From NCBI GenBank assembly GCA_000320545.1, contig ADNK01001920.1, positions 1-51,798 on the forward strand: a stretch of DNA of 51,798 nucleotides, written 5' to 3'. The stretch's first letter is position 1, and each line of letters starts with the position of its first letter. Below, piece after piece: positions 37,596 to 48,497 of this stretch. The DNA comes from Bigelowiella natans CCMP2755. Taxonomy: Eukaryota > Protista > Cercozoa. The notes under the pieces were generated by a model, which did no database searches, was not told the DNA's origin, and was given only the letters and a program-made list of their open reading frames with translations. A program made the position numbers and the translations under genes.

Positions 37596-40436
37596 ATGTC
37601 ACAGCAGCTAGAAGAACAGCAGGACTTTGGCTCGCAGGCCGTGCAAGGGCACGAGCAGAAACAGGAAAGGAAGGGCGATACGGACGCTAAGGAAGGAGGA
37701 GGAACACCTCCACAGGCACCGCCGGGACCAGCACCCGGGATTAAGAAAGCAGATGCAGCAGCAGAGGCACTGGAGAACTTCTACGAGGCGGACGACGAGG
37801 ACGTGGCCGCCGAAAGCAAGAAGGTCGTAATGGCATTACGAGCCTTGCGACCCAGGGCGAGCAACTACGCCAAACTGAAAGTATCGATAGAATACAAGTA
37901 TCAGACACATGATGTTTGGGCAGCTATCATGCAGGACATCATGGATTACGAAGCAGACTTACCTCCAGAGTGGGCAGCTTTGTTTAGGAACGACGGGGGT
38001 CTGGGCGCCTCGCGGGGGACGACCCAGAGCACCGTCAAGCAGCAGCAGCCGGTACAGCGGAACACCCAGTTCATGTCTGTTAAAACAGCACCGGTTATGA
38101 TAACGAAATACAACGGGAAAAGAGGTGAGGCAAGGAGGTGGTGGAAGAACGCTAGGAGTATACTCTGCGACTTTACCCCTAACCCCACCGAAAACGACAA
38201 GCTCAAATGGCTAGCTATAATAAAGCAAGCCATGGACCTTTACGAGACAGGCAGGACCCGGATCAGGCAGCTAGAGAAAATACACACTACAGTTAGTGGG
38301 CTACGAGACGTTGAGGCGATAATGAAGGCTTTTGTAAATGAACAGGATGCTAACTCCCTACCCCAGGCTATTAGAAAATACAGAGCAATGATGCAGCATG
38401 AGAGAGAACCTGTTAGAGACTTTGCCACGCGCTTCCAGGATATGATCGACGAACTACATGATTTTAATTACAACACAGGTGATGATCAGGCAAGGTTTGA
38501 AGAGTTCAAGTTAAAGATAAAGGAATCCACTTACGTTACGGAGAAAGGCTACACCACGATGGAGGCAGCAGTGCAGGCTATATCCCTACGCGAGCAGGAG
38601 CAGGACCGCAAGTTTACCAGCCCTAAGGTACCTGGCATAGGAAACATTAACGCTATTAAGCCGCAGCGAGACTGGTACAAGGACAGGGAAGGTAACCGAC
38701 GTTGCGGATACTGCTCACGTAAAGGGAAACACACCGCTAAAGACTGCAGAGACAGGAAAGAAGGACGACCCAGGATGACGATCAGGCAGCTCAACGAACA
38801 CTACGAGAAGTTAAAGAGAAAGAAAGGCAGAGGACAAGGATATAACAACAGCAAATGGCAAGGCAGCAACAACGGGAAGAACAATAAATATAAGAACAAA
38901 AAGCAGAACAGTATCAATGCTATACAGCAGCAGATAAACGGAATATTAGATCACCTTAAGCAGGCGCCGACGAAGACAGCAGTACCAGCAACGCAGGACC
39001 AAGACAAGCCCATGACCCTAGACGACATAAAGAACTTAGGAGTATGCAACATTAATGACGAAGACGCTAACAGGACTATCAAAGTTGCTATGACCAAGGT
39101 TAAAGTTAAAGACAGCTACGGAGACTACAAGAAACTACCTGCCCTTTGGGATAGTGGCAGCATGCCGAAGTCCTTCATAAGCCTAAGCACAGTAAGAAGG
39201 TTAGGACTATTGGATCAAGTGACTAAGAAAGAACGTAAATATGCTCAAGCAGACGGAAGCTCTTCCATGAAGACCGTCGGTGAGCTAATGCTAAAGCTAC
39301 AGATACCTGGCAGCGACGCGGAGACCCAAATCAAGACCCGAGTAGCCATGACTTTATCCATGGAACTACTCCTCGGACAGGATGCCCTAGAAAAATTAGG
39401 GGGGATCATATCATTCTACAATCACAAGATATACTTTGCTAAGTTGCCAAAGAAGTCAGGCAGGACCATCAGCCAGAACATGATACGGCTTGACGAGTGG
39501 ACCTCTGAGTCAAGCGTTAATGCGTTAGAGTTTATGGACCTAGCGGACAACAAGCTACCTACACCTACCGAGCTACGGAAGAAGAACCCCGGCAAGACCA
39601 TCCGACAGATAACGGAGCTACTGGACAAGACCCCCCCAGCTGATGATTGGGATATCGACAAGGGCAAAAAGTACATTAATAAAATATTAAACGAGAAGTA
39701 CTCTGACATCACCAAGCCGACGACGAAGCCCTCCAGCAAGCTTACCCCAGTAAAGATCGAGCTAAAGAAGGGATACGAAGAGTGCATCATCAATGACCCA
39801 GAACATAGGCGACCGGAAGCGGACTGGGAAAAGATAGAGTGGCAGATCAATGAATGGGCAAAGGAAGGGAAGATAGAGCCAAGCAACTCACCATGGAACG
39901 TGAGACATGTGCTAGCTAAGAAACCTACTTACCCTTTCTTCCGCCTGGCGCACAACTTCATCCGCCACAACCGAGTAATAAAGAGGATCCAGACACCTAC
40001 ACCAAGGATAGATGACGTTATTGAACACGTCATAGGATACAAATACTACTCTTCCCTAGATAAAAATGAATCATACATGCAGACACCCATCCACAAAACC
40101 TCCCGCCCCATTACCGCGTTCTCCAGCAGGCACAGGAAGTGGCACTTCGTCGTATTCCCTTACGGCCTAAGCATATCAGGGGATGCGTTCAGTAGTCAGA
40201 ACTACAGGGCATACACACATGATGGGATGGCGTCTGTGTTGTGGGTGTTTGTGTTTGTGTATGTGGATGATGACATAATATGTACCAACACAGTCGTCGC
40301 TCAGATCTTCCTCCTGGAAAATATATTTATTAGGTTTGCACACTTCGGTTTTACTATAACTACTCCTCGGACAGGATGCCCTAGAAAAATTAGGGGGGAT
40401 CATATCATTCTACAATCACAAGATATACTATGCTAA
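37596..40436 (+). CDS. Retrotransposon gag-protease-partial RT, frameshifted at the duplication junction (40357/40358)
   Basis: Zinc knuckle CGYCSRKGKHTAKDC, aspartic protease ALWDSGS, RT motifs FPYGL and YVDD. An out-of-frame tail follows AHFGFTI. Confidence 0.9.
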   Translation: MSQQLEEQQDFGSQAVQGHEQKQERKGDTDAKEGGGTPPQAPPGPAPGIKKADAAAEALENFYEADDEDVAAESKKVVMALRALRPRASNYAKLKVSIEYKYQTHDVWAAIMQDIMDYEADLPPEWAALFRNDGGLGASRGTTQSTVKQQQPVQRNTQFMSVKTAPVMITKYNGKRGEARRWWKNARSILCDFTPNPTENDKLKWLAIIKQAMDLYETGRTRIRQLEKIHTTVSGLRDVEAIMKAFVNEQDANSLPQAIRKYRAMMQHEREPVRDFATRFQDMIDELHDFNYNTGDDQARFEEFKLKIKESTYVTEKGYTTMEAAVQAISLREQEQDRKFTSPKVPGIGNINAIKPQRDWYKDREGNRRCGYCSRKGKHTAKDCRDRKEGRPRMTIRQLNEHYEKLKRKKGRGQGYNNSKWQGSNNGKNNKYKNKKQNSINAIQQQINGILDHLKQAPTKTAVPATQDQDKPMTLDDIKNLGVCNINDEDANRTIKVAMTKVKVKDSYGDYKKLPALWDSGSMPKSFISLSTVRRLGLLDQVTKKERKYAQADGSSSMKTVGELMLKLQIPGSDAETQIKTRVAMTLSMELLLGQDALEKLGGIISFYNHKIYFAKLPKKSGRTISQNMIRLDEWTSESSVNALEFMDLADNKLPTPTELRKKNPGKTIRQITELLDKTPPADDWDIDKGKKYINKILNEKYSDITKPTTKPSSKLTPVKIELKKGYEECIINDPEHRRPEADWEKIEWQINEWAKEGKIEPSNSPWNVRHVLAKKPTYPFFRLAHNFIRHNRVIKRIQTPTPRIDDVIEHVIGYKYYSSLDKNESYMQTPIHKTSRPITAFSSRHRKWHFVVFPYGLSISGDAFSSQNYRAYTHDGMASVLWVFVFVYVDDDIICTNTVVAQIFLLENIFIRFAHFGFTITTPRTGCPRKIRGDHIILQSQDILC

Positions 40437-41351
40437 GTTACCAAAGAAGTCAGGCAGGACCATCAGCCAGAACATGATACGGCTTGACGAGTGGACCTCT
40501 GAGTCAAGCGTTAATGCGTTAGAGTTTATGGACCTAGCGGACAACAAGCTACCTACACCTTCCGAGATACGGAAGAAGAACCCCGGCAAGACCATCCGAC
40601 AGATAACGGAGCTACTGGACAAGACCCCCCCAGCTGATGATTGGGATATCGACAAGGGCAAAAAGTACATTAATAAAATATTAAACGAGAAGTACTCTGA
40701 CATTACCAAGCCGACGACGAAGCCCTCCAGCAAACTTACCCCAGTAAAGATCGAGCTAAAGGAGGGATACGAAGAGTGCATCATCAATGACCCAGAACAT
40801 AGGCGACCGGAAGCGGACTGGGAAAAGATAGAGTGGCAGATCAATGAATGGGCAAAGGAAGGGAAGATAGAGCCAAGCAACTCACCATGGAACGTGAGAC
40901 ATGTGCTAGCTAAGAAACCTACTTACCCTTTCTTCCGCCTGGCGCACAACTTCATCCGCCACAACCGAGTAATAAAGAGGATCCAGACACCTACACCAAG
41001 GATAGATGACGTTATTGAACACGTCATAGGATACAAATACTACTCTTCCCTAGATAAAAATGAATCATACATGCAGACACCCATCCACAAAACCTCCCGC
41101 CCCATTACCGCGTTCTCCAGCAGGCACAGGAAGTGGCACTTCGTCGTATTCCCTTACGGCCTAAGCATATCAGGGGATGCGTTCAGTAGTCAGAACTACA
41201 GGGCATACACACATGATGGGATGGCGTCTGTGTTGTGGGTGTTTGTGTTTGTGTATGTGGATGATGACATAATATGTACCAACACAGTCGTCGCTCAGAT
41301 CTTCCTCCTGGAAAATATATTTATTAGGTTTGCACACTTCGGTTTTACTAT
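39364..41351 (+). repeat. Tandem duplication of a 994-bp unit (39364..40357 and 40358..41351)
   Basis: AACTACTCCTCGGACAGG...GGTTTTACTAT occurs twice back to back, with about 7 substitutions between the copies. Confidence 0.93.
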
Positions 41352-43563
41352 TAGACTGCAGAAGTGTACATTCCTAGCTACAAGAATCAAGTGGTGTGGA
41401 TATTACCTGGAGCAAGGCCGCATCACCCCAAACCCCGAGAAAGTAGCAGCACTACAGCAAGCCCCTAAACCTAAGAATGCAAAGGAGTTAAAGTCATTCT
41501 TGCAGACTGCAGCTTGGATACTACGTAGGTTCTCCCCTACCTACGCTAGGACTGCAGCTGCTTTTACTACTGCTTACCGGAAGGAGAACTCTGTAGGCCT
41601 CAGCTTCGCTAAGGTGTGGGCCAAGGCTGGCCTTGATGCCCACTTCGATAACCTAATAAAGTTATGCAGCAACACCCTATTGAATGCTAAGCTAGACACT
41701 ACTAGACCAGCTACCCTATGGACAGACTGGTCTAAGCTAGGTATGGCTGCTGTACTTACCCAAGACCAGCAGATCATACGGGTGTGGGGCAGGGCCTGCA
41801 CAGCAGCTGAGGCCAAGTACAGCCCTACAAAAGGAGAGTATAAAGCCATGACTGAGGCGCAGAGGAAACTAAGATACTACCTGCTGTCGGTGCCCAGCTT
41901 CACCTTAATGACTGACCACAAGCCCCTCCTAGGCATCGACCGCAAGCTCGAAGCGCCTAACGATGAGTATGCAGCTATGAGGGCGGACACGGAAGAGTTT
42001 AGGGACAAGAGGACAGTGGTCTACGCACCAGGAGACAAGCAGCTTGCTGACTATTTCAGCAGGCTGTTCGAAAAGAAAGTCCCTACCCAGGTCACCCCTA
42101 TGGTTAACGCGATTACCTTCGAGGACGGCGACTTCCTGCCTGAGCCAGAGGAGCTCCAGCACCTTCAAGAACACCTGGATAAATACAAACACAAGCATGA
42201 GGTACTTAGTGATAGGATATATGTATACACTAATAATGTTAGGCGTACCTACGTGCCACGGCGGACCAGGGGAGCCCTTCTCTTTACCGCCCATGGACCT
42301 GCACACGTAGGAGAAAACCATATCACTGCTCTACTCTACCATTACTACTGGCCCTACAAGCTAAAAGAGATAAGGACATACCTGCGTGGCTGCAGGTGCT
42401 CCAGCTTGAAGGCGGCAGGCGTCGCCACCAAGGAGTCCAGCAAGAGCCGTGCATCTAAGAAAATCAAAGCAAGGAACTTCTTAGATATCGTGCAAATTGA
42501 TGTTTATAAGTACGATGGCTATCACTACCTTACCTTCGTTGATGTGGCCACTGGAAAGTGCTGGGTTAAAAAGATTATCAAGGTCAACGTTGCTAAGAAG
42601 AACAAAGGCTTATATAAGCAGAGGCTTACTAACTGCTACCGTACCTGGGAGTCTGAGCTCCAGGCTATCCCTGATGAAGTTAGCATAAACAAGATACCAA
42701 AGAAGTTACATGTGGATAATGAGACCTCTCTTCTACAGCTACCACACCCTAATATTGATGCCTCACCTGTACACTATGCCCAGTCCAACTCCAAGGTAGA
42801 GCGACTCCACCGCACCTTGGCCAACCTAAGCAGGATAAATAGCACCACACCAGACAAGATACAAGGGTTAGTAAACGACACCTTCACGTCTGGGGGAGGT
42901 ATCAAGGATAAGGAGAGGGAAGAAGGCGACGACAACGACGACGATACCGAGAGCGAAGACGAGAAGGTCCCGTACGATGGCCGAGTTCTAAAGGAAGGAC
43001 AGTATGTTAGGGCCAAGGTAAATCTGAGATCGAGAAATAAACAAGACCCCTTCTGGGGTGGCGTTGCAAAGGTTACCGAGAGGAAGGGGAGGAAGCAGTA
43101 CTACATCTATGATGGGAACAGGGTCACCTTGCGCCACATCAGTCACCTAAAGAATTATGATATCGGTGAGAAGCTCCTAGAGGATGTTAAAGTAAACCCT
43201 ACTGTGTGGGAGCGAGCAATGCCTTGTTTAGGACCCCGACCTAAGTTCGATGTGGAATATGGAAACAATAAGGTCAGGGTGAACGACGATTGGCGCATGA
43301 AGATTGTCTATCTAGGCTACCCTGGATTACGAAATATGGAGAGGGTAGCTATGAAAATAAAGGACGGAAAATATCAGCTACTCTACCTAGCTGTTCCCGA
43401 CTTACCCTTTGAGCACTGGTATAAGGTCCTGGGGGACCTTGATGCAGAGGGCTGGTATGGACACGAACCTAAGGACGAAGGTGAGTTCTGGGTAAGCGAC
43501 AAAGGAGATAAGGTTAGAGAGGAATCTATTACCTGGTGGTTGGTGAAGTTCCGAAAGCGATGA
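40474..43563 (+). CDS. Retrotransposon pol: RT, RNase H, integrase and a C-terminal extension
   Basis: YVDD, KCTF, RNase H (WTDWSKLGMAAVL, YSPTKGEY, TDHKPL, ADYFSR), integrase (HGPAH...CRC, QIDVY, HVDNE, SNSKVERLHRTL) and an SH3/GPY-F-like segment RHISHLKNY. Confidence 0.92.
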   Translation: MIRLDEWTSESSVNALEFMDLADNKLPTPSEIRKKNPGKTIRQITELLDKTPPADDWDIDKGKKYINKILNEKYSDITKPTTKPSSKLTPVKIELKEGYEECIINDPEHRRPEADWEKIEWQINEWAKEGKIEPSNSPWNVRHVLAKKPTYPFFRLAHNFIRHNRVIKRIQTPTPRIDDVIEHVIGYKYYSSLDKNESYMQTPIHKTSRPITAFSSRHRKWHFVVFPYGLSISGDAFSSQNYRAYTHDGMASVLWVFVFVYVDDDIICTNTVVAQIFLLENIFIRFAHFGFTIRLQKCTFLATRIKWCGYYLEQGRITPNPEKVAALQQAPKPKNAKELKSFLQTAAWILRRFSPTYARTAAAFTTAYRKENSVGLSFAKVWAKAGLDAHFDNLIKLCSNTLLNAKLDTTRPATLWTDWSKLGMAAVLTQDQQIIRVWGRACTAAEAKYSPTKGEYKAMTEAQRKLRYYLLSVPSFTLMTDHKPLLGIDRKLEAPNDEYAAMRADTEEFRDKRTVVYAPGDKQLADYFSRLFEKKVPTQVTPMVNAITFEDGDFLPEPEELQHLQEHLDKYKHKHEVLSDRIYVYTNNVRRTYVPRRTRGALLFTAHGPAHVGENHITALLYHYYWPYKLKEIRTYLRGCRCSSLKAAGVATKESSKSRASKKIKARNFLDIVQIDVYKYDGYHYLTFVDVATGKCWVKKIIKVNVAKKNKGLYKQRLTNCYRTWESELQAIPDEVSINKIPKKLHVDNETSLLQLPHPNIDASPVHYAQSNSKVERLHRTLANLSRINSTTPDKIQGLVNDTFTSGGGIKDKEREEGDDNDDDTESEDEKVPYDGRVLKEGQYVRAKVNLRSRNKQDPFWGGVAKVTERKGRKQYYIYDGNRVTLRHISHLKNYDIGEKLLEDVKVNPTVWERAMPCLGPRPKFDVEYGNNKVRVNDDWRMKIVYLGYPGLRNMERVAMKIKDGKYQLLYLAVPDLPFEHWYKVLGDLDAEGWYGHEPKDEGEFWVSDKGDKVREESITWWLVKFRKR

Positions 43564-43569
43564 AGGTCT

Positions 43570-43614
43570 AAGGGAATAAGGAAGGAAGGAAGGAGCAACG
43601 TGACTTGGGGGAGG
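43570..43614 (+). other. Polypurine tract region
   Basis: AAGGGAATAAGGAAGGAAGGAAGGAG...GGGGGAGG immediately before the 3' LTR. Confidence 0.7.
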
Positions 43615-43940
43615 TGTAGCGCGTACCACTACGCGGGCACAAGTCACGTGCGACAACAAAGGGGTTGTCGCGGATATAGAATATAGATAACGTAGATATT
43701 AATACAGCATGGGCACGTGGGTTCCGGCGGGACTCATGGCAGCACACCGGAAGTGTGCTGCCCCACGTGCGGCGGCATTCGCGAAAGCTTCGCGAATGAT
43801 TACGCAGTGCACGATTTAATAAAAATATAATCTTTAATAAAAATAAACACAACTCTTCAAAAGGAAGCAAACGTGCCTTCCCCCCCCCCTGCCTACTTGT
43901 GCACGTAGCGCCTCGGCCTGTGAACACCTTACGCGCAACA
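43615..43940 (+). repeat. 3' LTR
   Basis: Identical copy of the 5' LTR, preceded by a purine tract. Confidence 0.95.
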
Positions 43941-45555
43941 CACATGCCTCGTGAAAATTTCCATTTGCAACATTTTTTCTGCTTTTTTGTTCAAAAAATT
44001 GCAATTTTCCATGAAAAAATGCCCATTTTTGCGACTTCTGGGCAAAAAATGGATTTTGCTCATTTTTTTGGATTGGCTGCCATTTCTTGTGCATTTGGTT
44101 CATCAAAAAATGGCGAGGTGTGCGCGTGTGGAATCAGTTGATCCACGTGATGAAAGCATTGCATCTGCAAGCAACTTGCACACTTGCGCGCGCAAAAACT
44201 GAACCAAAAGACCATAAGACCTCATGAAAATTTTGCATTTTCACTGCAAAAGCATGTCAGCGCGAGCCAGCCAGCGTTTTTCCAAAATTTGAGAATTTTC
44301 CAGTTCTTTTGACAGCAACAATTGGCACACTCCAGCACTCCTGAAAACTCTCATCGAGAGCTTCATTCAGAACCTGCAAAACAAATTGAAATTGAATCAA
44401 AACTTTTTGAGTTGGCTAGTTGGGTCACTTTTTCGTCGGATTGCGTGACCGGAAAGTGTGACCGGGCCAGCGGGTTTTGATCAGGTGTGGTTGGCGTGCG
44501 TGCATTCTGGCACTCTGGCACCACTGACCACTGACCAGCTCTAGAGCTAGCCAGTATAGCAGTGTGCGTGGCCACCATCTCAGATCTGTCTTGCCATTGG
44601 AGATCAAACGCTGATCAACGTGCCAAAGCGCTGCAGCCGCTGCTTTGCAGGGCTGCATTGGGGTCCAGTGACATCACTGCGTCCACAATCCAGCAATGTG
44701 CATGCACGCACACGAAACGACATTGCTGCTGTGCATTCACGATGCAGTCGTTCACGTGCACGCCTGATCGAGTGAACGTGTGACGGTCACACGCACAAGA
44801 CACGCGCCCCTCCAACAAGCACATCCGTGCATGCCAGGAGCAGAACTCAGATCTTCAAGCAGGACGCTCGGATGTGATTGGAACCAAACACGCCAGCACG
44901 TTCTGGCGTTGCAACATTGCACACTTCAATGTTCGAGAAAACATGTTTTGATTTGCCTTTCCACCCCCCCATCAATCCACGTGTCCAGTTTGAACAAGAA
45001 ACTCTTCATGCATCGCTTGGCAGGAACCACGCACGAAACTCGTTCATCATTCCAGGTCATGACAGACCACTCTAGCACTGGAAACCAAAAACAGAACTCG
45101 TTTTACGGCTCGCATTTGAGCGCGAAAGATGGTGTGGGCCCGCAAGGACGAGGCAGCTAAGCTCCCAAACTAGGCTCTACGTCACACGACCTTTCCTTCC
45201 CTGGAGCCGAACATCGAACAACTTTCTTTCTCTCTCTTCTGGGAGCCGAGCACAAAGTTTTCGTTTCCCATGTAAGACTTCATTCGATAGTTGTCGTCAT
45301 GTTAAAAACCCATGGAATTTCACTCATTTGCATTGCATTTTATTTTTTGGGGCCAGTAGGAATGTGGTCTGGGAAGTTTCTCGCATGATGAGAGAAGAGA
45401 AGAGTGGAAGAAAGAAAGAAAGAAGTAGGAAATTGAACATCGAGATTCTTTGGGTAAAATCCTTGAAATGCATGACTGATGAAGTCCGAAGTTAGTTGTC
45501 CATTCTCTGCCATTTTTCCTATCCGAGGGGGCCCGCAATTTGTAGCCCTACGAGC

Positions 45556-47704
45556 ATGCACTACTGTTATTCTTCGCTCCGAGCTGCTCGGCGCAGTCTA
45601 CGCTTGGTGGGATTCGGAGGTGCTTGCACGGCAATTGTTGGGGGGGGCGTTTGCATGGCTGCTGGCAGCCGGGGTGAAGAAGAAAAGCCTGTTGACATTT
45701 GTCGGAGCCATTATCCGAAGGTGAGTGGCACGTACATCGTGGGTGTTTTCCGCTGGTCGTGGGATCTTCTTTTGAGTTACATTGACGTTCTTAGGGCCTC
45801 AATGCAAAGTTCATGAACAATGGAGCCATAAAGTTCTTCGCAGGTCGGCTCTTTATTTGCCTAGGGTTCTGTTTCATGCGCTTGCGTAGGGGATGTGATA
45901 GTGGAGAGTTCTTTTGTGATGGTGGGAAGATCTATTGAGCTTTACTTAATCAGGAAAAGGCGGGCGGTTCGATGATCCCGAGCTCCGTGAAATAGCGGCA
46001 GAGAAGGAGAAGATTTGCCAGGCACTTGGGAACTTGAAAGTTATTTGCTCACTCCTCACTCTACAACAGCCAACAAAGAACTAATTCAACACCACACACA
46101 TGACATTAGACCATTACCAACAGCGACCTCGTCGTTTAGGAGTGCAGTTTAAACATATCTTCTAGCTGTGTCGCCAGCAAGAACGCATCACATAACCCGC
46201 AACATCCAGCACACCGCGACTTGTTTGTCGACGTGTTTCCAACCCGCTCAAAGGCTAACGTCATCGTTCTTTTCCTCCTTTCTCCCTCCGATTATCGGGT
46301 GTCTTTGGACTATATGACCAGGGACTTTCTGTAGCTGATGTAGGATCAGGAACCGGCATCATGCTTCCTCTTCTGAACAATGCTGTTGGCAAAAACGGCA
46401 AGGTTTGTGTTTCGTCGTTCAATTGTTGTGTGGTGGCGTAATAAATTCCTTGTAATTATCTCAATCCTCTTCATGACTGAAGAATGCGAATGTTTTTCCT
46501 CCGTGCTCGTATCGGGCAAATTTTTCCAACGTGCGAAGTATCTTTAAAGTGATATACTTTTGTTGATAGTTTAATTTTATTGTGCATCGTACTACGAATC
46601 ATCTAGATCTATGCGTTAGAGATATCGCCCCCCTTCGTGAAGTATCTTCGCAAGAAGAAAAGGTTTGTACTCTAATATGTTGAGCTCCATACCCTTAAAA
46701 TGATCCTGTGTAACATGTAAAATCGACGTGGAGAGAAGAGAAGCTGGACAACGTGCACGTTCTTGCATGCGATAACAAATCGACCAAACTTGCCTCGAAA
46801 TCCGTGGACTTGGTGTTTCTATGCGACGTGTATCATCACGTTGAGTATCCGCACACCTTTATGACCGACATTAAAAGGTACTACGATCATGTTGCGAATA
46901 CGAAATGTAAGATGACATCATGCAATACGACACTGTTAGACGGTTTGAGAACAACACTGATGATATTATCTTGGTATTGACACACGGCCAACGCCATGAT
47001 GCGGAACAAAGCTTGCATTTGAAACTCGGCATTTTTGTTTGACATCATTTTGAAGAAGTGGTGTGTTGTTCTGTCAACAGGAGTTTAAAGGATGACGGCA
47101 GATTGGTAATCGTGGATTTCTACAACGACCCGAAGCGGTGAATTGCACAATCTTATCGAATAGCCGCAGATTTTGAGACTGATATTGACGGCGTGAATCA
47201 CTGATTTTTCGAAAACGCAAAGGACCTGAAAGTGGCCTTGCCTGCAATTCTTTGTCGTTGTAGGGCTTTTTAAAATGAAGACGTGTGTATTGGTGGTGTG
47301 CAGAGCGAAGAACCACTCCCCAGAATGGCTGAGAGACCACATCCGAGCAAGTACTTAGTCCTCGTTGAGCGAATGCTGTTTTTAGGAGAAAACTGAAAGA
47401 CAATAATTTAACAGAAGAATGGAACTATAAATAGCGAAATAAAACAAACACACAATGGAGTAGTGTATTTCATTTTTGCTAGATTTGGGCCACCATGCTT
47501 CGGATCCTGAAAACATTGAATTTTCGTGACTGGAAGTACATGCACGCAAGAACACAGACAGACGAATAACGTATTTTGTGTCGTATGTGTATGTAAGGCA
47601 AAGGTGTCTTCCGATCGGAGATAGAGGGCGCCGGTTTTTCCTACATCGGAGATATTGTCCTTGAAGAGCTACAAGAGAACTATGTCATGATGTTTGCAAA
47701 GTGA
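45556..47704 (+). CDS. Class I SAM-dependent methyltransferase (bacterial-like Methyltransf_31 type), about 9 exons, possible organellar leader
   Basis: GLNAKF...ELREIAAEKEKICQALGNLK|GLSVADVGSGTG...VGKNGK|IYALEISPPF...SVDLVFLCDVYHHVEYP...|SLKDDGRLVIVDF...WLRDHIRA|...EIEGAGF...LQENYVMMFAK*. Ends in TGA at 47702-47704. Confidence 0.85.
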
Positions 47705-48497
47705 GCACAAGCATATGTGTCTTCGATCTGTGTGTACTCCCTCAACATGTACGGACCTAATATAGGTATTGCCGTGCACATGTATCTATTATCCTGTGTT
47801 TTGCAGCAGCATCATTCGTGTTGTAACTTAGCAAGCGCCACAGGCGTGTACCGTCGATGGAGCATGCTAGACGTAACTGTTCGCAGATGACTCACGCCCT
47901 CGCAGCATGGACATCTCTAGCTACCTAGATCTAGTACACGTAGTCACACTGCAGGCATGATGGTCATAATCGCAGGCTAGCAGGTGGCACAGATCTAGCT
48001 AGTCTGCATGTGCTACGATAAGTTAAATGCGAGATGCTCACTCGCGCAGTATGTGGCCAACGTAGCAATGGCATCTCAAAAGAATTAGAAATGACGTCAG
48101 AAATATTTCTGTCTTACAGCAATATCAATGATGCTTGTTTACTTGTTTTCTATACAACAAAAAGATGCGCCAGCTGGCATTAAAAAGGACAGAGCCAGAA
48201 GCGTTTCTTCAATGAGCACAGGTTCAATCCCCATTGGCTCCATGCTACTCGGACAACCATCACCTCATCAAACTTAACTCTGATTGCAACTTTTTATATC
48301 TCATATTCGATGCAGTTTTACTTTCGAAGATTACAATCTTACAATTTGGAGAAAGCATCTTCCAATGCTCCGAGGCGACGTAGTGTGGACCCACAGTAGA
48401 TAATTCTACGTGTATTGTCCACGTGGAAATTAAAAATTCATATTGGGTTTCATTACTTTGACTATACAATGGTGTGATAGGATAAGGCAGGTTGAGG

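Larger units (their letters stand above)
37231..43940 (+). mobile_element. Ty3/Gypsy-type LTR retrotransposon, full length, recent insertion, with an internal 994-bp duplication
   Basis: Two 326-bp LTRs with TG...CA ends and a 4-bp target-site duplication CACA (37227-37230 and 43941-43944). PBS and PPT are present. Domain order is gag-PR-RT-RNaseH-INT. Confidence 0.96.
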
